Shown here: piece by piece, positions 58,846-64,000 of the stretch
Layout: each line of letters begins with the position of its first letter
How positions within the stretch are numbered: the stretch's first letter is position 1
DNA from: Deltaproteobacteria bacterium
GTDB taxonomy: Bacteria > Desulfobacterota > B13-G15 > RBG-16-54-18
Assembly (NCBI GenBank): GCA_019308925.1
Contig: JAFDHG010000003.1
Location: 3,367 to 67,366 of the forward strand
Direction: 5' to 3'
DNA: 64,000 bases
The notes under the pieces: generated by a model
Databases searched by the model: none
Seen by the model: only the letters and a program-made list of their open reading frames with translations
Told to the model about the DNA's origin: nothing
Made by a program: the position numbers and the translations under genes

Positions 58846-59532
58846 TCATCTCCCTTCCCCATATACCTCCAGATAGTGCCTTATGTACGCTGCTACCCTA
58901 TCCTTGGGCTGGTAGACCCCGAAGTGACCCTCACAGAGGATGTCCGCCTCCAGGGCCAGGAGCCTCTCCATCGACCTGCGCCAGGCCGCCAGGTCGGAGC
59001 CGAATTCTTGATAGAAGGGGCCATGGATGTCCTGCCCGAACAGCACCCTCTTTTCCCCCCGGTCTAGATAGATTGAGAGGGAACCTGGGGTGTGGCCAGG
59101 GGTGTGGAGGCAGACCATCTCCTGGTCGCCGAAGCGAAGGCGTTCCTCATCCTTTGTCAATTTGACATCCACTGGCATCGGCGGAAAATGGATGTTGTAC
59201 CAAGAGGCCGCTGTCATCCTGTCGTCCCCTCGTTCCACCACCTCGGCATCGAGATGGTGCATGATGATTCGGGTGCCGAACCGCTCCCGAAACTGTGGAG
59301 CACCCCCGATATGGTCGATGTGACAGTGGGTGAGGATCACCGTTGCTATCCTTTCAGGGTCGAGACCGAGACCCTCGATGTTGTGGACGATTTCGTCAAA
59401 GCTCGTTCCTGCCCCGGCATCGATCAGGACCAACTCCCCCAGATCCAAGAGATAGACGCAGCAGTCCTTGGGATCGGTGATATCGGCACTCCCCACCAGG
59501 TAGATGTCTGTGATTACCTCTGCTGGTCCCAT
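58846..59532 (-). CDS. MBL-fold metallo-hydrolase (glyoxalase II-like)
   Basis: ILTHCHIDHIGG; start at MGPAEVITD with RBS AGGAGG. Confidence 0.75.
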   Translation of the reverse strand: MGPAEVITDIYLVGSADITDPKDCCVYLLDLGELVLIDAGAGTSFDEIVHNIEGLGLDPERIATVILTHCHIDHIGGAPQFRERFGTRIIMHHLDAEVVERGDDRMTAASWYNIHFPPMPVDVKLTKDEERLRFGDQEMVCLHTPGHTPGSLSIYLDRGEKRVLFGQDIHGPFYQEFGSDLAAWRRSMERLLALEADILCEGHFGVYQPKDRVAAYIRHYLEVYGEGR

Positions 59533-59669
59533 CTCTGCCCCTCCTTCTGTAGGGATGTTAACACTTTTGCCACCTCTTGGCAATTGGGGTGGGAGCTTTC
59601 AGGAAGATGGTTGCAATCGGGGGACGAAGGTGATATATGAGTTTCTAGCTATGCTCAGGAGGTAAAGAG

Positions 59670-60221
59670 ATGTATTTTGAGCGGGCAGGGGCGCAGAATA
59701 CTGAGGAGACCCTCCGGATCGCCCTGGAGGGAGCCAAGGAGAGGGGTATCCGGCATATAGTGGTGGCCTCCACCAGGGGGGATACTGGCCTGCAGGCGGC
59801 AAAGCTCCTGCAGGGGACGGGGATTACGCTTGTCGTGATCACCCACAACACCGGTTTCTCCCAAGAGGGAAAGCAGGAATTTGAGAAGGTCAAGAGGGCC
59901 CAGATCGAGGAATTGGGTGGAAAGGTTTATACAGGGACTATGGTCTTGAGGAATCTGGGAACAGCCATCCGCTCGCTGCAGTCCTACTCTCAGCAGGATC
60001 TGGTGGCCAACACCCTGAGGATACTCGGACAGGGGATGAAGGTCTGCGTGGAGATCGTCGCCATGGCCGCTGATGCCGGCCTGATTCCCTGCGAGGACGT
60101 GGTCGCCGTGGCTGGGACGGGCCAAGGGGCAGACACCGTCGCCGTCATCCGGGCCGACTCCTCCAACAACTTCTTCCAGATAAAGGTACGGGAGATCCTG
60201 GCCAAGCCGCGGGATTTTTGA
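59670..60221 (+). CDS. Hypothetical protein (weak resemblance to the pyruvate kinase C-terminal-like alpha/beta domain)
   Basis: 183-aa ORF with RBS GGAGG; no diagnostic motif. Confidence 0.4.
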   Translation: MYFERAGAQNTEETLRIALEGAKERGIRHIVVASTRGDTGLQAAKLLQGTGITLVVITHNTGFSQEGKQEFEKVKRAQIEELGGKVYTGTMVLRNLGTAIRSLQSYSQQDLVANTLRILGQGMKVCVEIVAMAADAGLIPCEDVVAVAGTGQGADTVAVIRADSSNNFFQIKVREILAKPRDF

Positions 60222-60347
60222 GGGATGGAGAAATTTTGATAGAAAGATAGGCCGCGAAATGTAGGTTGGGGGGATACCCTCAAAGGCCTCCCCAATTTAG
60301 AAATTCCTATTTTAAGGGAGTTTGAGGGACTTTGTCCCTCAAAGTAA

Positions 60348-60375
60348 AGCGAAGCCCCGCCCTGTGGGCGGGGCT
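60348..60375. terminator. Strong GC hairpin between convergent or flanking genes
   Basis: gaagccccgcc-ctgt-gggcggggcttc; lacks a clear U-tract. Confidence 0.3.
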
Positions 60376-60524
60376 TCACTTATACGGTCCATCCATAGAT
60401 CTGCACCCCAAGTTGCCCCTATTATTATAGGATTTTTCTATTTGGTTTAAAGAAATTCTTAATATAATATCTATTTTTGCTGGCATGTCTCGTTCCCAGC
60501 GTATCTATCTGCAAAGGGAGGAAG

Positions 60525-61572
60525 ATGACCTCCAGGAAGGAGTTCAGGCTTACGACCACGGTTAGCGGGGCTGGTTGAGCCTCCAAGTTAGGTCCGGGGG
60601 ACCTGGATCAAGCACTCTGCGGGTTGCCGCTTATAAGCCACCCCAACCTCTTGGTGGGGATCGAGCAGGTCGATGATGCCGGGGTCTATAAGTTGAGGGA
60701 TGACCTAGCCCTGGTCCAGACCGTTGACTTCTTCACCCCCATCGTGGACGACCCCTATGGGTTCGGGCAGATAGCAGCGGCCAACGCCTTGAGCGATGTC
60801 TATGCCATGGGGGAGACCCCCATCACAGCTATGAACCTGGTGGCCTTCCCCATCAGGGAGATGGAAGTGGAGATCCTTAGGGATATCCTTAAGGGGGGGC
60901 TGGACAAGATGCGGGAGGCGGAGGTGGTCCTGGTGGGAGGGCATTCCATCGAGGATCAGGAATTGAAATATGGGCTGGCGGTGACCGGTTTGGTCCGCCC
61001 TGACGAGTTTCTAACCAATGTGGGTGCCGAGGTTGGCGATCGGATCATCCTCACCAAGCCTTTGGGGACGGGGATCATCAACACGGCCCAGAAGGGGGGG
61101 ATGGCCTCTCCAGAGGTCGTGCAGAGGGCGATGGAGATCATGGCGGCACTCAACCGCAAGGCAGCGGAGGTGATGAGGGGCTTCCGGGTCCATGCCTGCA
61201 CGGACGTCACCGGCTTTGGCATACTGGGCCATCTGTGTGAGATGCTGGGGGAGGGGGAGATCGGGATAAAGGTCTCCGTGGATGCCGTCCCGGTCATGCC
61301 CGGGGCAGAGGAGTACGCCCGCATGGGGCTTGTCCCCGGCGGGACCTACCGCAACAAGGAGTTTTATACCACAAGGGTTGAAGGGACAAAGGACATCCCC
61401 CCCCTCTACTCGATATCCTCTTTGATGCACAGACCTCCGGGGGTTTGCTTATCTCAGTACTGGGGGAAGATGCGGGGGTCCTCATGCGCTCCCTGCAGGG
61501 GGCAGGGGTGAAGGAGGCCAGTATCATCGCCGAGGTAGTGGCCGAGCCCAAAGGCCGCCTGCTTCTTGTCTG
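60525..61572 (+). CDS. selD: Selenophosphate synthetase SelD, selenocysteine-containing (in-frame UGA), with a homopolymer frameshift near the 3' end
   Basis: RBS AAGGGAGGAAG + ATG 60525; RLTTTVSGAG-[TGA 60576-60578]-ASKLGP matches the SelD GAG(C/U)G.K active site; SECIS-like hairpin aggtcc-GGG-ggacct at 60590-60604; the ORF-track ORF (60624..61511) is the same frame; after the C8 run (61397-61404) the -1 frame gives the canonical C-terminus DILFDAQTSGGLLISV...LLLV* ending 61572. Confidence 0.8.
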
Positions 61573-62162
61573 ATCGCGCAGTTTCATTTCCTTCTCTTTT
61601 TCTCATTTCCACTAAAGTGAACAGAAGCGTCCATACTCATCTACTATCCCCAAGATTCTCTTCATTATTAGGGCGTTCTTCGCAGCAGAACCGGTCATTT
61701 TAGGCTAATTTTAGGCTATATGAAGCCCCCTCGAAGGTAGGGTTTGGGTTATTTCATTCCTGAAGAGAAACACACGAACATGCTGATAATGATTAACGAG
61801 TTTTTACTATTCCCAACTTTGCCCAGTATGCTATCAGCTAGGGAGGACTTGATAAGGTTATGTACAATAACTGACACGCGATATTAGTTTATAATCGGCC
61901 TACAGCAAGATCAAAATCTGTTTGTGTAAATCTAAGGTACTCAATATCATCTTCGGTCACTTCTTGTCTTTCATGAAGTGACTAATATTCAGCATAGTAG
62001 AGTCGAACCACATAACATGTTTTGTTACTCCCCTTTAGGGAAGATATTCTCGCTCTTTGTTGCGAGCATACTATACGCAAACAGCGTTAAAAACCATGGT
62101 TGCTAAGCGACGTAACTATATGCTAAGATTAACTGAATAGCCATCCGGAATGCTGGACTGGC

Positions 62163-64000
62163 ATGATGAAATACGGCGAACTCCTCCATTTTCTGCAATA
62201 TATCGGCAAAGATCCCTCACGACTGATTTTTGAGGACGAGCTTACCGGTATCTATAATCGCCGTTTCCTGCACAACTACTTTCAATACAAGGTTTCCTGG
62301 GAATCTCTAGAGGACAATCCCCTGTCATTAATCATGATGGATATGGATCATTTTAAGCAGATCAACGACACGTATGGCCATCAGGTTGGTGATCAAGCGC
62401 TGATTTGGGTTGCTGGTCTGCTTAAAGAGGTGGCCGGTGATGAGAATTTGCCGATTCGCTATGCTGGTGACGAATTTCTCATCCTCTTGCCACGCGGGGA
62501 TAAGCGGGAGGCCCTGCAAGTGGGTGAGCGCCTCCTCCAGAGGCTCCGCGAGGACCCCCTGCGACTGGATGGGGTAGATGATGCCCTGCATATCACCCTC
62601 AGCATAGGGATTTCCTCAGCACCCGAGGATGCTCAAAATGGTATGACCTTAATCCACAAGGCTGATATCGCCCTCTATTACGCCAAAAAGACGGGTCGTA
62701 ACCGACTTGCCAACGCAGGGGAAATTGCCCCCCAGGACGTGTTTAACAAAACAGCCCTCCACCAGCTGGAAAGGGAGAAGATCGCAGGTCGCAGGTCCCA
62801 ACTAGAACAAGTGGCCGAATCCCTCAAAACGTTCAGCAAGGGACAGAGCCAGTTCATGATTGTTGAGGGCGCCGCCGGGATGGGCAAAAGCACATTTCTG
62901 GAAACAGTTCGCTGCAATCTGACCCAGAGCAAAAAAATTGGGCAAGTCAAGGTAACCGGCATTCCACAGGAGATGTTTCGTCCATATGCGTTGACAACAA
63001 CCATTTTGGTTGCCCTTCTTAACCGAAGACGAGACAAGGGAGCCGCTATTTTTGAGAGCCTGAGCTTAAAGGAGATCGCCTACCTTACCCACATTTTGCC
63101 CCAACTGGGAGGGGCGGAAGAGGTACGTCAAGAAGAGGATGAGAGTGCGTTACGCAAGGGTATCTTTAATACCCTGTTGCATTTTATTCCCAAAATAGCC
63201 AACTTCCGCCCTCTTGTTTTACTCATCGATGATCTGCACTTCAGTGATGAGGCGACGTTGATTCTCCTTCGTCAGCTGATACTGCGCCGGGACATTCCAT
63301 TGTTTATCTGCGGCACTTCCTCTAATAGCAAACAGTTTGGAGGGGAAGAGCAGGTGCCTCCCCTGGAGCGTTTCTACGCAGCCCACCATCAAGAACTGGA
63401 TATCCGCAAGGTAACCCTTACGCCGCTATCCACCAACGACATTGCCAATCTCCTTCGAGGGATATTTCCTCAGGTGGACGTGCCTGAAAATTTCGAGAAG
63501 GATCTAGCACAGATCAGCCAGGGCAACCCTCTTTTCCTCGTTGAGATTCTGCGAAAGCTGGTCTTGGATCAGAAAATTGCTCTGGTGGGTCAGCAATGGA
63601 TAATTGAATCTTTGGAGGAAGGCTATCTTCCGAGATCCTTAGAAGAGATCGTCAACCAGAGGATCGCTGCACTCAATGAAGAAAGCCGGCAAATGCTCCA
63701 ACAGGCCTCCACATTCGGTGAGGACGTTTCCTTGAGCGTTCTCACTGGAAGCTCTGAAAAAATGGAGGCCAAGGTTCTTGAATTCGTTGATCAGGCTGTG
63801 ACCCAAGGACTGATCAGCACCAACTTTCAACTGAATGATGAGATGATTGGCTTTCTCAGCAAGCGCATCCTTGAAATTGCCTACGGAGGCATTCAGAAGA
63901 GTCAGAAGCAGGATCTGCATGAGCGGATTGGTAACTACCAGGAAACTCTCTACCAACAGGCCCTGCTGCCGTCGGCTGCAACTCTGGCCTACCACTTCAA
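62163..64000 (+). CDS. GGDEF-domain (AGDEF variant) plus AAA/STAND-type ATPase fusion protein, partial (runs off the window end)
   Basis: Open + strand frame 62163 to the window end, not in the ORF track; GGDEF region LTGIYNRRF...MMDMDHFKQINDTYGHQVGD...IRYAGDEFLILLP; Walker A IVEGAAGMGKST; Walker B LLIDDLHFSDEA; helical C-terminal region. Confidence 0.7.
   Translation, partial: MMKYGELLHFLQYIGKDPSRLIFEDELTGIYNRRFLHNYFQYKVSWESLEDNPLSLIMMDMDHFKQINDTYGHQVGDQALIWVAGLLKEVAGDENLPIRYAGDEFLILLPRGDKREALQVGERLLQRLREDPLRLDGVDDALHITLSIGISSAPEDAQNGMTLIHKADIALYYAKKTGRNRLANAGEIAPQDVFNKTALHQLEREKIAGRRSQLEQVAESLKTFSKGQSQFMIVEGAAGMGKSTFLETVRCNLTQSKKIGQVKVTGIPQEMFRPYALTTTILVALLNRRRDKGAAIFESLSLKEIAYLTHILPQLGGAEEVRQEEDESALRKGIFNTLLHFIPKIANFRPLVLLIDDLHFSDEATLILLRQLILRRDIPLFICGTSSNSKQFGGEEQVPPLERFYAAHHQELDIRKVTLTPLSTNDIANLLRGIFPQVDVPENFEKDLAQISQGNPLFLVEILRKLVLDQKIALVGQQWIIESLEEGYLPRSLEEIVNQRIAALNEESRQMLQQASTFGEDVSLSVLTGSSEKMEAKVLEFVDQAVTQGLISTNFQLNDEMIGFLSKRILEIAYGGIQKSQKQDLHERIGNYQETLYQQALLPSAATLAYHF

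Noticed and set aside
62328-63995. Three minus-strand ORFs (87, 119, 118 aa) in the ORF track
   Set aside because: All lie antisense within the long + strand GGDEF-ATPase frame, which has clear catalytic motifs.

Overview
This is a high-GC bacterial chromosomal segment, mostly housekeeping and catabolic genes, with one lower-GC island (about 18.5-25.5 kb) and a mobile-element and toxin-antitoxin hotspot upstream of a tRNA-Val gene (about 51.7-53.9 kb).

Genes I can support:
- **Lipid-type cluster (42-6722, minus strand):** a DUF2229 protein, a FabF-type ketoacyl-ACP synthase, a second synthase paralog that lacks both catalytic histidines, a membrane protein, a FabZ-like dehydratase and two SAM-dependent methyltransferases.
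- **Envelope and housekeeping (6823-12674):** alr, then mlaE, mlaF and mlaD, followed by a signal-peptide protein with W-P-L repeats whose OmpA-like C-terminal domain sits in the +1 frame, and an FKBP-type isomerase.
- **UvrA (12960-18530):** one continuous 1856-aa reading frame made of two complete UvrA units fused in tandem.
- **Low-GC island:** an MBL-fold hydrolase, a candidate selenoprotein glutaredoxin-like gene, a CPBP protease, an ECF sigma factor with its anti-sigma factor, a YefM/YoeB toxin-antitoxin pair, a DUF4139-like lipoprotein and a cold-shock protein.
- **Putative nicotinamide/nicotinate catabolism cluster (25.5-39.5 kb, minus strand):** a secreted PncA-like nicotinamidase, a three-subunit molybdenum hydroxylase, an enamidase-like amidohydrolase, a 4Fe-4S protein, a UPF0280 protein, an amino-acid-synthesis-family protein, a TRAP transporter (dctPQM), a cupin-domain XRE regulator and an MmsA-like aldehyde dehydrogenase.
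- **40-57 kb:** an M23 peptidase, secA, argJ, selB, a DUF3857/transglutaminase-like protein, a sugar phosphotransferase, a geranylgeranyl-reductase-like oxidoreductase, a frameshifted IS200/IS605 tnpA, a BrnT/BrnA toxin-antitoxin pair, tRNA-Val(CAC), yebC and ruvCAB.
- **57-64 kb:** a MobA/MocA-like nucleotidyltransferase, rsmE, an MBL hydrolase, a selenocysteine-containing selD, and a GGDEF-AAA ATPase fusion that runs off the window end.

Three points cut across the window:
- **Selenium machinery:** selB is present, and selD carries an in-frame UGA (and so is absent from the ORF track). A glutaredoxin-like gene has UGA at its active-site cysteine position plus a SECIS-like hairpin, so selenocysteine insertion is expected here.
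- **Homopolymer frameshifts:** at least six genes are split by one-nucleotide frameshifts at homopolymer runs. This pattern looks like systematic sequencing error rather than pseudogenisation, which affects every pseudogene call made here.
- **Dispersed intergenic repeat:** a palindromic repeat family built on the motif GGATTCAAGGGGTCTAGG / GGGTTCTAG occurs at five or more loci.
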